Origin: a virus
Taxonomy: Duplodnaviria; Heunggongvirae; Uroviricota; Caudoviricetes
IMG/VR virus record: IMGVR_UViG_3300028805_000051
Coordinates: 107,394 to 171,393 of that record
DNA: 64,000 bases
Direction: 5' to 3' (one strand)
Shown: positions 1-13,536 of the stretch, piece by piece
Position numbering within the stretch: the first letter of the stretch is position 1
How the letters are laid out: the number at the start of each line of letters is the position of its first letter
Translations under genes and position numbers: made by a program
Notes under the pieces: model-generated
Told to the model about the DNA's origin: nothing
The model's database searches: none
The model's input: only the letters and a program-made list of their open reading frames with translations

Positions 1-157
1 ATTTCTTGCACCTATTACTAAACCAATATTAACTTTAACATAACCACCATTATCTAATTCTTGTTTTACTAATTCACCATTTCTAGTAACATTTCCTAAG
101 TTTGAAACTTGATAAATTCCATCAGTTCCTTCAATTGTTTTAAAAATTTCTTCCATA
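1..157 (-). CDS. hypothetical protein, N-terminal part; gene continues beyond the window start
   Basis: The minus-strand reading frame opens with an ATG (plus-strand cat at about 155-157) and stays open to the window edge. Confidence 0.3.
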
Positions 158-599
158 ATTTATTATATTTAAGTTAAACTTTCATTTAATTTTAATATAA
201 CCATTATCCAACATTATTCAAAACAATTTTTGGATTTTTATGAAAAATGTGTTTAAACTTAAAAAGTTAACGGATTGTTATTCCAGTTACCCATATTATT
301 CATCATTGCCATTGTTTCGGCTGAATTATCTTTGTTCATTAAAGATGCCCAAAGAGCTGAATTATCTTTAGGACAATCATAGATATACTTTTCAGTTACT
401 GTATCACTCATAATGTTTAAAGTTTAAAAATTAATAAATACTAGTTAGCTAACTGATAAAATATATCCATAAATATTAAATGTCTTATAGATTAGACATA
501 AAAAATTAAGCTCCTATAGATTTTACTCTACAGAAGCCTAATTTACTTTTAATTTACTATAATATTGTTATCATTCTCAAATTTTAACAATTCATCTAA

Positions 600-845
600 A
601 TACCAATTCTTTTTAGACATCTATGATTGATGACTTTGTGGAATTATTCCTTCAGATTCTTTTCTTTCAATAGTTTTAGTTGATACTTTATATCTATCAG
701 CCACCTTCTATTTAGTTAAATTAATATGTGCAATTTGAGAAATTAGTTCTAAACCTTCATCATCAGAAATATTAGTATTTCCTGATTCAATACCATCTGC
801 ATATTCTCTTAATGTGTTTACTATTATTTTCGGCAATATTGACAT
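600..845 (-). CDS. small helix-turn-helix DNA-binding protein (approximate bounds); contains an in-frame TAG
   Basis: The minus-strand translation MSILPKIIVNTLREYADGIESG...VADRYKVSTKTIERKESEGII has a helix-turn-helix-like segment. Its frame is interrupted only by TAG. Confidence 0.25.
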
Positions 846-1059
846 ATTTCACTAGTTTTAGAACAATATAAAATTGATTATGACATATTTAACACCTTGT
901 TAAATCTTTCAAAATAGTTCATACAAATAAATTATTTATATAGAAAATTTTAAAAGAAAATACAAAATGCAATTAAAATTAATTTTTACATATTCTGTAT
1001 TTACTTAATATAAATAAACAAATCATTATTCCGAATAATATTAATGTAATATATAAATA

Positions 1060-1344
1060 CTATAAATCAGATATAGGTATTCCTACAATAGTATCTATTA
1101 CAGATAATATAAAATTTAATAATACATAATATAACGGAATACGATGATAAATACAAAATTGAAAAACATACGATGATAAAAATATAAATATTAATGGTAT
1201 TATCGAGACTCCACCTAACATAGATCCTAGCCAATAATTATTTACATCAAAATATGCAATTATATTATCAATTAATGAACAAATTGCCAATAACATTGGA
1301 ATCCATCTTAAAATAATCAATAAATATTTATATTTTGTTTTCAT
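1060..1344 (-). CDS. small integral membrane protein (about 3 transmembrane helices)
   Basis: ORF track entry; its hydrophobic segments are consistent with transmembrane helices. Confidence 0.5.
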   Translation of the reverse strand: MKTKYKYLLIILRWIPMLLAICSLIDNIIAYFDVNNYWLGSMLGGVSIIPLIFIFLSSYVFQFCIYHRIPLYYVLLNFILSVIDTIVGIPISDL

Positions 1345-1486
1345 TAGCGTCTCCTTTGTCTTACACTTGACATTTTTCTTACACCAGCAGTTCCTATTGT
1401 ATTACCTCTACCATCTTTTTCAATATCTTCATCTTTCTTTGGTTTTGGGATTAACTTTAACTTTGCCATATTATTTTATAATTTAA

Positions 1487-1879
1487 TTAATTAATACAAT
1501 ATTTTTTTGCAATTTCTCCTGCGTGTTCTCTCCAAATTTGCATATCATCATAACGTTGTTTATAATATGTATTTTCTGGGTCTAAACCAATATTACAAAG
1601 TATTGCAATTTGGTCTTCAGGAGAATATCTAAGTTTTACAATGTAATCTTTAAGATAAGCATAATCGAAACTTGTTACTGGATATGCAGTGCCATCAACT
1701 TCAATATAATCACTATCTCGATAATCTTCTGGCACTTCTAAATGGGGAGGATTAACTCTCTCCCCATTAATATAGTGCGTATACCCAAGTGTAAGTTCTT
1801 TACCAAAAAGAAGCTTATCTGCTTTTCTTAGCAGAAGTTTACCTTCATCTGCTGTAATTTTATTTCCGTCTATAATCAT
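1487..1879 (-). CDS. hypothetical virion-associated protein
   Basis: ORF track entry, 130 aa; same strand as and immediately downstream of the giant gene. Confidence 0.5.
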   Translation of the reverse strand: MIIDGNKITADEGKLLLRKADKLLFGKELTLGYTHYINGERVNPPHLEVPEDYRDSDYIEVDGTAYPVTSFDYAYLKDYIVKLRYSPEDQIAILCNIGLDPENTYYKQRYDDMQIWREHAGEIAKKYCIN

Positions 1880-1885
1880 AAGTCA

Positions 1886-4800
1886 TTAAATTAAATTACC
1901 ATTAGAGTCAACATCATCAGGTGCAATGTAAATATCAGTGTAGTCATAAGTTATATCAGTCCCATCCCAAGTAGCTTTGAGCATATTGGATGGAGCTCTT
2001 AAACTATGTGTAGCATACACTTCAATAACATTATTTGCACTTACTGCAAATGTAGCACCACTATTTACAGGACTACTCCAAGCACCACCGTTGATACGAT
2101 AATGAAGTTTAATAGGATTTGCAGAAGTAAGTGTAGAATCAGTACAAGTAATTGTAGCGGTGCTATTATTGATAGTGATTGCACAGTTTGCAAGAGGAAT
2201 ACCCGTAGTTATAACATCCGATTCTTGAATGGCTGTTTTAATGTGCGCTGGGTCATTAGTGTAGTCGTATTCGATATAAGTATTAATAGTATTCCATAAA
2301 GTAGCTTGTAAGTACACTGATTTTTTACTTATAGGTATTAAAAGTTTAGTGACAGAAGGAGCTTCGACTAAAACTTGAGGTTCTGCGTTATTCCAAAAAT
2401 GTACGATTGTTGATATTCCTTCACCTCTAACATTAACAAAATTCGATTCTAAATATAAATGGTGGGGATAATTTCCTACACCTCTGTTAAAACCAGACCA
2501 TCTGAATCTATTATTAGTACTATTATATAACAATCTTGGAGTATTCCAAAATTCTATATAAGGAATTTGTTCTTGTGAAATACTGGCATTTATTAAACCT
2601 TTAGCAAATAATGATTTTATATAAGCAAAACTGTTATTTCCGTATAAATATGGAGCTAAATAAGTTACACTATCAGGTAAACAACAACAATAATCTTCAA
2701 AATATCCTTCATATCCTATTTTTCTTAAATTAGGACATTCAGTAGGTCTAGTAAAAGACGTAATTAAATACTCACTCTCGTTACCTTTTCTAAAATACAC
2801 ACTTCTCAAATTAGCACAATTAGTAAATCCACCTGGAGCAGCCATAGTATTAGGATAACTAATGTCTACAATATTAGGCATATTTTGTTGTCGTCCAAAC
2901 GATGTAACACTATCGGGTATTTCCGTAAAAGAACAAGCAGTACCCGATAAAGCATCAGTACCGATAGAAGTAACTTTAGAAGGAATTTCAGTTAGATTAA
3001 ATTTACTACAACCATAGAAACAATATTCAGGAATAGAAGTAATGTCAGGAGAAAGAGTAATGTTTTCGAGATTGGAACATTGATAAAACATTAACGTGTA
3101 TAAATTATTCAAAGTACCATTTATTTTTGTGATACTTTTACATCTCGATATATTATAATATCTGCCATCATATATATCAGTTGCATTTACTTCTGTTACT
3201 TTAATGTTATTACAAAATAAATTAAAACCAGTATGATCTCCTGCTCTTTGATTTTCGATATAGTTATTCGTATGTATAATTAATTGCATCCATTGTTTTA
3301 GTGTTCCATCGAAATATAAATTATCACAATTAATCCAATTAATTATAGCTCTTCCATTAAGTTTAGATTCTTGAAATGTAGTAGGTATATACAGATTAGT
3401 AACTTTAAGACGTTTACTAGCAAAAGGCCAATCATAAGAACCGTTGAAAGATACAAATCCTTTATCAAATCTTAAATTGACTAGATCTGGCAATTTATAA
3501 TTTATAGGAGCTGTATTTTTATGTATTGTAAGATTTATTAAATTAGTACAATTTTGAATATTTAAAGAAGTTACAGCAGTAAAGTATTTATACTGGTCAA
3601 AATCTTCGAATCTATAATATGGTTGTGTATTCACATCACCATCCCAACTTTCCACCACAACTCCATCTACATCTTGTATCTGAGTAAGTCCGTTTATAGT
3701 CCCAAGATTAGTAACCGCAGCGGCTTCCTGTTGAGTTATGTAATAACCCTTGCCGCTCTCATAAGCGTAGAGTGTAGCACCAGTAGTACTTTCATTATTC
3801 TTCAGATAGATAATTAAAGCAGGATTATAATTTTCTTCTTCAGGATCATAACTTTGTACTGCCTTAGGAGTAAACTGTGGATGTCCTATAACTTCGTAAG
3901 TAGATTCTGTTTGAGAACCATAACTACCGGTTACAACACAAGCTACAACAAAACTAGTGTTATTATTCTTAGCAGCCATTAATTCTTCAGATGTTATAAC
4001 ACTTACTGAATTTCTGTTTGCTTTATACAAAGTAACCATTGTTGTACTATCAGAAATTCTTATAATTCTACTATAACCATCTGTATTTTCAATGCTATAT
4101 TTATCAACATCTACAACACTTCTAATACTCCAATTATAAGTAGGAACTTCAGAAGCACTAGTAGGAACTAATTGTGCACCAAAAGTATATTCGTGATTTG
4201 TTTCAGTAAGATATTTAGTACCACTAATAGTAACTCCGGTAAATCTATTTTTTCTACTTACGTTAATAAAATTAACTATAGAATATTTAGTTCCATCAGT
4301 AGCACGCAATCTATATTGAATATTATTATCAACTTCAATAGGAGCAGTTAATGTTCCTTTTATAGTTTTACCAACAGCACCGGATTCGTCGTGAATGTTT
4401 GTTACTGTTAAATATTCAGCAGGATGAGTTTCATCAAATACACTCCATGTTTCTCCATCAGTACTAATTTCCAAACTTAATTGTTTTGTATCATCAAGAG
4501 AAGAAATACTAAATGTAGATGAACTACTTTCATCATCTCCTACTATACTTGATTTACTTAAATTTAATGAAAGGACATTTGTATAATTCAATACTAATTC
4601 ACCAGTAGAAATAAGAGTACCAAGTTTAGAATTAATTACTGCAAGTTGTTCAACTGTAACAGAGTTAGCATTAAATGTTATAGTACCTTTAAGTACAATA
4701 TTAGGAATTATCATTAAATTTACAAAATCTGCAGCAGCAACATTTGTCCAATTAATACCATCAGCAATTAATGTATAAGTATCATCAAGAGTTTTAGTCT

Positions 4801-7800
4801 TAAGAATTTCAAGCCAATCAAAAATAAATGTTTGCATATCAATACCAACATTACCTATTGTTAAACTCTTAAGATAAGTAGGAGTATATTCAAAATTAAC
4901 ATCAAATAAATTAGCTTGATTTCTAAGAGTAAGAGAAGTTAATGTTTCAGGAAGTGTAAGCTGTGTTAAATTATTTGTTTGAGGAAGAATAACTCCAGTT
5001 AAATTAGTACCAGCTGCAAGAAGTTTCTTAAGTTTAGACATATCTTCAAGAGAAGGAATAGATGTAAGAGCTGAAATATTTCTTATATCTAATTCTTGAA
5101 TATTAATTGGTAAACCACTAATTACGCTAGGTTGGAATAAAGGAGTTGCAGCACTTCCAAGTTTTAATTTAGTAAGACGTTTACCTGCACTAAAATCTAC
5201 AGTACCGGCAACAGAAGCATCACTCAAATCTCCAATATCGCTTAAATATTCTGCAAGTTCTGTAGTTGTTTGTACAGTATCTGTAGAAGTAACAGTAAAT
5301 TGTCTAGTTACACCTTTATCAGTTCTTTGCGAATAAATAGAGCTATTGCTTCTTCTATCATATCCATCAGGACCAGTAACAGTAGTACCATTACGTCTAA
5401 ACAGATATAATTTCATAGCAGGTATTTCATTATATTGAGAACTTGTTTCTTGACGAAATACTATACTAGAACCGGTTGCTTGATAATAGCTGCAATAAGA
5501 AGCAATATAAACTATACGATTTTTAATCCATTCATATTCACACTCAAGTTGACTACCAAGAGATTGAGTTAAAGGATCAGTATCAGTTCCTTTTTGTGAA
5601 GCAAAAATAGCTTCTTCATAAAGAAGTCTAGCAGTTTCATTATATGCTACAGCAGGTATGTATCTTTGAATACTAAACATATATTTTTCAAAAAATGCAA
5701 GAGGACTACCTGCATCATTAATCATAGCAGTAAGAATACTTCTCATCATACTTTCTAATTCCTCTCTATAGGCGTCTTCAAATGTATTATATAAAACATT
5801 TGTACCACCAGCCCAGAAAGCATTAGAGAAACCAGAACGACCATCAATATCATGTTCTTCAACCCAATAGAACTTTTGTTTTTGTCCTTGATTGTTGAAA
5901 GGATTTATTGTATCAAGGTCATCTTGAGCATGACGAATTATATTATCAACAGGGTCATAATAAGGATATGTATTTTTAGCTCTATTATCAGATGCTGCTA
6001 TGAATTTAAGGAACTGCATAAGAAATAGAGTATCATTTACATTCATATATTGAGAAATACCATTTCTAAATGCAGCAATTCTAGCAGTAAGAATAATACT
6101 TAATGCTTCACCTGGAGCAATAGTTCTTCCAGCAAGACTTAAGTTTAAATCAGTATCAACATTGTATTCATCATAAACTCCGTTAGTTTTAGTAATTCCA
6201 GCATTCACCCACTCGTCCGTAGGAAAATTATAACGATGAACTGTATAATTTTCAGCAGTTATAGAAGAATTTATAATAATGTATTGGTATGTTCTATCAG
6301 CATAATTAGGAGCATCAGGATTACTACCTTGACTGTTTTTAAGATTAAGAACACTACCATTCCACATTTTGATTCTAGTAGAATACTTATATACAAAATT
6401 AAAGGCATCTCTAAATTTATGAAGACTATCTTGATTTCCTAAATCATAATCCCAAGAACCTTCACCATTATACATATAATATTCTTCTTCTTCATTATAT
6501 GTAACTTCATCATCAAACCAAGGAGCTTGATTTAAAGTAAGAATAGGAGAGTGGTCAGAACCTTCAATCATAAGATAATTATGAAGAGGACTATCTTCAC
6601 TTTTTTCATATCCGAATGTAGCAGCATCACCTTTAGGAGAACCCCAAGTCATTAAGCAATAAAATACAGGATTCTCATCAGTTTCTCTTTGAACAAAGAA
6701 TAAGAAAGGTTTTTCTTCAATAGCAACACGAGGAAGTTCTGTATTTTCGGGTTTACCTGCAGCTATATTTCTAGCTTGAATTGTTCTTTGAATACCAGTT
6801 GGACCACAAACAGCCATATGCAAAACGTTAAACATTTCGCAAGCACCTGCTTTATGAGATTGAGGAGATGATGCATAATTAATTTTACCAACTTCTTTTT
6901 TCATCTTAGGAGAATTAGAAGTAAGTTGATAATAATTACCTTTAGTTACACCATTACCATCAGTCCATACAGAATCATCACCATGACTAAAAGTACCATT
7001 CCATTTATAATAGGTCTTGGCTGAAGTACCTTGACCTTTAACTTTCATATTTGTAATGGTACCACTATGTTCTAGATCACCTATAATATTAATATCAAGC
7101 CAGCCATTAAAAGTACTTTGATGTTCAAAATCTGGATAATCACCATGCCATACAAGAGTATTATACTTTTCTTTCGCTAATTCATAAGATATAACACCAC
7201 CATCAACTATATTGTTTGCAGTGATAAGTTGCATCTTTTCTTGTACATTAGAAAGAGAAGCAGTTCTATCATTAAGAATTTGAGCAGAAGAAAGTTGTCT
7301 ATCTTTATATAAACGGATACCATAAACATAAACATCAGCAGAAGTTCCACCAATCTTAATCTTATCAGTAGCCAAACCAAAAGAAGCAGTATTAGGATTA
7401 TATGCAAATTCTCTTCTAATACCACCATTTATGTACATTCTACAAAGATTAAGAATTCCGCCTTTAACACTAAGTCCTGGAATTATATTTATAGTAATAT
7501 GTACTCTTTCATTTTCACCCCATTCAATATCTTGGAAATATTTAGATTTATTAAGAGTAGAATACATATATCCGGCTTTAGCAAATAATTGTAATCCTAC
7601 AAATTCATTAAGTTCATCTGTATGACCAATTTCAAGAACAGGAGATTCTTCATCACTTATATTATTTGTTTTAATATCAAATTCCATTGTAAGACCAGAA
7701 CCTGATGTTAAAGTAGTATAAGGACTATAATCAATTTCAACAGTAGAACCAGCAAATAATTTAAGACATTTAACATTATCTTCATCTAATGTCCAACCAT

Positions 7801-9244
7801 CTTTTTCAAATACTACATTATTCCAATTAGCATTTATTTGTGTTGGTTCAGTTTGTACTTGAGTTTCATTTATGATAATTCGTTTGTTAGCATCTGCATT
7901 AGAACGCATAGATGGTAACATGATAAAATTAGCATTTGCTGTAGGAGCAAAACTATTACTGTTATCTATAGAAACGTTCTTAGAATATACTAATATATTG
8001 TTTATATATGCTTTAATGTTAGCATCGAATGTTACATCAGATAATTCAATACTCAAATAAGGAGCAAAATTATATTTTGTATTATTTAAAGCTCCACTAA
8101 CAGTATTATCAATCCAAACACTACTACCATCTAAACTTGTAATTACAAATCTAACATCAGTACCTATAAGACTATTTTTATTATAAACAGCCCAATCTAA
8201 TACAGGTTGACTAGTCCAGTTTACAAGAGGTAAATTAAGATTATTAACTACAAGAAGAATATCTGTTGCATCTACTGTAGTAGCTATAACATCAACTCTA
8301 ATCTTGTTTGTTTCTACAGCTAATGTGCCATTACTTCTTAACCAAGTTTCAACAGTAATAACCCCTGGTGTAGCCATCAAACCTGTAGCAATAGGATGAG
8401 GAATATCAAGTCTATAACTACTTTCTATATATTCTGTAGTTCCAATATTAATACTATTTTCAGGAATTACAACATTTCCATTAGCATCATAACCTTTATA
8501 ATAAATACTTTTGTTAGTACTACCTGAAATTTTATAATTAATACTCATATTTGCAGAACTCGCAACTAGAGGATTATAAATTTTAGGTTCTTGCCAATTA
8601 TCGCTACTTTTAATACCCATTTCTGCAACAGAAATATCAAAAATTAATTCAGTTGCTTGTGCAAAAGTTCGATTACCTGTTGCTCCTATCATTATCTACT
8701 AATCTCCGTTAATTAAACAATCTGATAAATCTATAATTTTCTAATTAGAAAAACGTTGTGCATAAAGAGTTCTTGTAAAATTTTGTAATGTTTTTACAAT
8801 AACCCATCCTCCATTATCAACTTTTCTTGATATAGTTATTGTACCATCCTCAGCATTATCTATCCAAGATTGTGAAGAAGCTTCATAGCTCTATGTGGTA
8901 AATGATAAACTAATAGATATGTTTTTATTTGGCGAAGCAATTTGTGGATTTGTATTGCTAAATAAATGAACTTCAGATGCTGTAGTTCCCCCACCTCCAC
9001 CACTAGGTAATTGCATTGAAATTACTGGCTAAATCGAAGAAGGATCTTTCAAATAAGCATCTGCATCTTCTTTAGTATAAAAAAATCTTAAAACTGCTGC
9101 ACTATCCATTCCAGTTCTTATAGCATATCCTAATTTAGTCTAAGCTATTTGATTTTCTTTTACTGCTTTAACTAATCTAACAAATTCTTCAGCAGTTAAT
9201 TCATCACCAGTTATTTTTTCTAATAAATCATCTATATTTGTCAT
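1886..9244 (-). CDS. giant virion/tail-fibre-like protein. Coordinates 1886-8692 are a clean 2268-aa ORF. A same-frame 184-codon N-terminal extension (8693-9244) contains 6 in-frame TAG codons.
   Basis: The 2268-aa ORF is rich in Asn/Thr/Ser with repetitive beta-type segments, typical of receptor-binding fibres. Upstream, the frame stays open through 6 TAG codons to an ATG at 9242-9244, and 9244-8692 is a multiple of 3. The preceding gene stops at 9251, only 6 nt away, so the extension is a plausible real start; a separate TAG-containing ORF would fit equally. Confidence 0.55.
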
Positions 9245-9250
9245 ATTTTA

Positions 9251-9739
9251 TTAATTTGAAAATGTTAATGGAAAAACAATTGGAAAAATATTTCCAATAT
9301 GGTCTGACTTTGCTACTAATGTGCTTCCAGCATAAATGTAAAGTAAATTGTTATTATTTGCTGTCACAAAATACCATTTAGTTTCAGATACAGTTCCTTC
9401 CTACTAACGCTGTTGAAATTCTCTTAAAGTTAATTTATCTACAGCTTTATCACCTTGTGGTCCAGTTGGACCTAATAAATTTTTAAATTTGAATATAAAA
9501 TCTAATAATGGTGATCCAGTTACATTTACTTCAACTTCAGGAGTACCTTGTTGATTTAATTCACTGTCATCCACTTCAACACTGTGTACTTTTGGTGTAA
9601 TTCTTTCTATATACTCAGCTCTAAATTTTGAGTTATCTGGAGTATAAATAGATGGATCGAATATATCCTAATTGTTTCCACTCTAATGACACTATTTTTT
9701 AGTATTTATAGGACTTAAATTTCTATCAAATGTTTTCAT
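9251..9739 (-). CDS. small structural protein with a collagen-like Gly-X-Y patch (LLGPTGPQGDKA); contains about 6 in-frame TAG
   Basis: Codon walk from the ATG (plus cat 9737-9739) to the TAA (plus tta 9251-9253); length 489 nt is a multiple of 3. Confidence 0.45.
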
Positions 9740-10041
9740 ATTTTAATATCTGGAATAATCCAAAATAAAACACTTTGTAAATATTCTATCTAACTATCAT
9801 TTATCATATTACTGCATTCTACAATCTGTTTTATTTTATTATTAAGTTGTTTTACTAAATTATCATTTAATCCTCTTGGATCAGAACTATCGTTTAAAGT
9901 TATGTCTCTTATAACTTCATAATATTCATCAATAAACATTAAATACAGTAATATACAAATTTCAATATTAGGAACATTTCCATTCTTTTCAGCATATTCA
10001 AAATTATTATTTAATGCTAATAAAATCTAATTACTTTCCAT
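9736..10041 (-). CDS. hypothetical late protein; contains 3 in-frame TAG
   Basis: Codon walk from an ATG candidate at 10039-10041 to the TGA at 9736-9738, which overlaps the next gene's start codon as ATGA. The stop is solid; the start is uncertain. Confidence 0.35.
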
Positions 10042-10603
10042 GACAACAACAATTATTTATATTACTTACAGAAGTACTGTAATTTTCAGTACAATTATTA
10101 AATAAAGATTTAGAATTATCAATTGTAGCTGACCACGAACATAATTCATTTAATCTCTGCCAATATTTTATTGCAGATTTTATATCAGATATGGATAATG
10201 CTAATTTAAAACCATAATAAGCTAATATTGGTAAAGCATTCTAAATAAATTTATCTGAATTTTTATCTATCTAAAAAATTCCAGCCTTTTCTGCTACTAA
10301 ATTAAGCAGATTATAATTATTATATATTGGAAATATAAAAGGATATGTATTATCTGCTAATTCTAAATATGCAAATAATAATTCATTTGTTGTAAAAGGA
10401 GAATTACTAATATCTAAATCTATATTAAATAGAGTTCCTTGCTCAGGTCTATTTATAATAAAACTAGACGCACTAGGTGTTGAAGAAGAAACAAAAGTAG
10501 TAATATTATCTATTAAAATTCTACTATGGTTATCATATAATATTTGTTCTTCTGCAGATGCAACTAGTCTAATGTGTGTTTCATCAATAATTTTAAATAT
10601 CAT
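10031..10603 (-). CDS. hypothetical late protein, 190 aa; contains several in-frame TAG
   Basis: The ORF track fragment 10271..10603 extends past its TAG to a TAA at 10031-10033 (in-frame codon walk); 573 nt. Confidence 0.45.
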
Positions 10604-12810
10604 ACCTGTCTTATTGTATCGTTATATGGATTACCATCGTGTAATTGTTCTAATTCTACTTTTGTACGTAATAAGTCATTTTCATTACGTCCTTCTTTGT
10701 AGGTTCTATCAGTTTGTGCTTCAAACCATTTAACTTCATAGTCTTTCTAATAACGATTAGCATCAATTTGAATCTTTTGCTCATTAAGAGATTCAATTTT
10801 ACTTTGAGCCTTTTGTAATTCTTGTTGTGCTTGTTTTAATTGTGAAGTTAATTCTTCAACCTACTGTTGTAATTTTCCAACTACATTCTATTCTTCTTTT
10901 TGTTTCTTTACAGACATTTTAGCCATATGTTTAGCTTCAGATAAACTTTTACAAGTCATTATATCAAATAATGTATCTAAAGCTATACCTCCACCTTTTA
11001 CTAATTCAGGAACAAGCATTTTTAATTGTTCTAAATCTTTTACAATTTCAGAGTTTGCTACAACGTGTATATCCCAATCTGAAGTTGTAAAATACTTTGG
11101 TAATGCTGTAAAAATTTTCTAGAATTTATCTCCTAGAATCAAAGTTCCAGTTAATCCATTTTTATAAACTATTTTTGCTAAATTTAAACAATCTGTAAGA
11201 ATTTCTTCCGTAAGTACATCCATATGAGAGTACCATTGTTTAGAAATAGTAAATGAATTAGATTGACCTATCTTTACATTTGTTACAGCATCTCTTGCTT
11301 CAATTCCATTAAGTCTTTCTCTAAATACTCCTGATATGGAAGAGCAAGTTTGTTCTACAGAATCAATAGCCATTTGAATTGCTTGAATTGCTTGAGCTTT
11401 AACTGTGTCATCAAATCCATTAAATATAGTATTCATAGGAGCCTGACCAGTTGCCATTCTTCCTTCTTGAGCTGTATCAAGTAAAGCAACTCCTTGTTTT
11501 TTATAAGCAAGCCATGCTTTTAATCTTTCTGGCCAAGTTACACCTAAATTTGTAGGAATTAAAGATTCGTCAATCCAATCTCCAGAAGTTCCACTATTGG
11601 CAATTAAATTATCTCTATAAAATATAAGTAAATCATATTTATCCTAGAGATTTGCACATGCAAGCACTAAAGAAAATGGTTCATTACTTCTATTATCAAA
11701 GTATACACCATTTACTGTTAATGCACAATAGTTTGGATTATCTACACTTCTAGTAACATCTTCCTTTATTCCTCTCAAAATATACATACTATCACCAATT
11801 TTTACTGTTTGATAAAGCTGCATTTTAAAATCTTTATCAGTTTCAATCCATTCCACTTCAAATACTGGAATTCTTTCATAATTAGGATTATATGCTTTAT
11901 GTTTTTGAGTTGGTTGACCAGGAGACACTACTGCTTCCTAATCTCCTATTATACCCAGTGATTGACAACCAGAAGTGTGCATTAATTTAATGTATCTTTC
12001 TGAGTAATCTAAAAATCCTTGCCAATCATCTTTTAATTTTTGTATATCATCCTAATTTAATTCTTTTCCATATTTGGCTAGAATCTATGTTCTAGTTAAC
12101 CATCTTCTTACAACAACTCTATATGAATCTTTAACGTAAGGAGAATTTGGATTTTTATCAATAAAAGTATTTAGTGGATCTAAAACTTCAATTCCAACAT
12201 TATTTCCTTCAGCAGTTGGAACAGTTTGATAAAAAGTATATCCAGATACTAAAAGGTCTTTAATTAATGTCCATAATTTAGTTTTAAAATCTGTCTATCT
12301 ATTCTGCATTATATACTAAAGTACATCTTGTGATGCTATTTCATACTGAGAAATAAAATTAGTATTTAAATCTTCAACTAAAGTGTCTAAAGTTTCTTTA
12401 ATATAAGGATCCTATAATTTATTTTGATCTCCAGATTCTATAAAAGATAGAATTTTATTCTATAAATGTTGCTAAACTGTATTATAGATTTCTCTTGTAA
12501 TATGTAATTCTTTTTCTCTAGTTATAGCACTTATAGTTCTCTAGTCTTTGCAGGAAATCTTAGGAAGTATAGGAGTTCCTAAATATTCTCCAATTAAAGC
12601 ATCTACATGTTTACGAATTAATGGAGTAAATTCAACTGAAGTTGGATTACCTATTCCGAAATTTTCTTCTAAGTATTTAAACTATTCAGCATCTCTTTTT
12701 CCATTATAGTAATTATATGCTTTTTGTAGTTCATCTTTATCGTAAACAAGTTCTGCTATAGCAAGATCAGTTTTTTGGATTAATTCATCATTACTTTTAT
12801 ATTTTGCCAT
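10600..12810 (-). CDS. portal-like protein, 736 aa; contains more than 15 in-frame TAG
   Basis: A continuous frame links the ORF track fragments 11644..11928 and 11119..11457 to an ATG at 12808-12810 and a TGA at 10600-10602, which forms an ATGA overlap with the next gene. Size and position (just upstream of further virion genes) and an N-terminus MAKYKSNDELIQK...KAYNYYNGKRD resemble portal proteins. This assignment is an inference. Confidence 0.4.
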
Positions 12811-12869
12811 AGTTAAATATTATTTATTTTAAAATAAATATTTTAATATTATTTCCCAAGTATTTTATA

Positions 12870-13235
12870 TTAACTATTATTATTTTCAATAATATAAGTA
12901 ATATCATCTTGCTGAACTCTATGTGTAGTATCATAATCACCTTTAATACTATCATTTACCGGTCCAGGGCAATTTTTACTTGTTCCAATTGTAAAAAACT
13001 AAATAGCACCTAAAGCAGATTCTTGCAATGCTTTCTTTAAATATTTTAAAAAAGTATCTCCTTCAGCTTCAATTGCTACTACAAAAGGAGTTTCATCACA
13101 AAGTAATGGAATAGATACTTTATAACCTACTGGATATAATTTATCTATAATTAAGTTTCCTGTATAGCAGCAATCATATAATTCATTTATTAACTATCTA
13201 ACTTTTTCATTAATACATTCTTTAGATAGTTCATG
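12870..13235 (-). CDS. hypothetical late protein, 121 aa; 2 in-frame TAG
   Basis: Frame-checked; 366 nt. Starts at an ATG at 13233-13235 and ends at a TAA at 12870-12872. Confidence 0.4.
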
Positions 13236-13259
13236 TTCAGTATATACAATATTATTCAT

Positions 13260-13472
13260 TATTCGTATCCCCACACTCTTGGATCACTAGAACGAGGGCC
13301 TTTTTCTGAAGTTTCACTACGAACATTCATTTGCTAAGGCTATCCAGGAATAACACCCCATCGTTTGTAACCTCTTTCATCAGTATAATAACCTACTTTT
13401 TGTTGTACAGTTGTTTCATCTTGTTTTATAACTTTTACAGGAACAATTGAACCAAGTTCTTCGTCAGCTAGT
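13260..13472 (-). CDS. small hypothetical protein, 70 aa; 2 in-frame TAG
   Basis: ATG at 13470-13472 to TAA at 13260-13262. Translation: MTELADEELGSIVPVKVIKQDETTVQQKVGYYTDERGYKRWGVIPG-Q-P-Q-QMNVRSETSEKGPRSSDPRVWGYE (Q marks a TAG codon). Confidence 0.35.
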
Positions 13473-13536
13473 TCTGTCATCACTTATGTTACCCTATAGG
13501 CTTTTTATCCTATAGTTCTTATGGTTTCCCATAAGG

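Noticed and set aside
2006-8060. Plus-strand ORFs 2006..2299, 3623..3817, 6236..6442, 7431..7625, 7872..8060 and minus ORF 7207..7428 inside the giant gene
   Set aside because: They are antisense or out-of-frame to a 2268-aa continuous ORF, with low-complexity translations; spurious.
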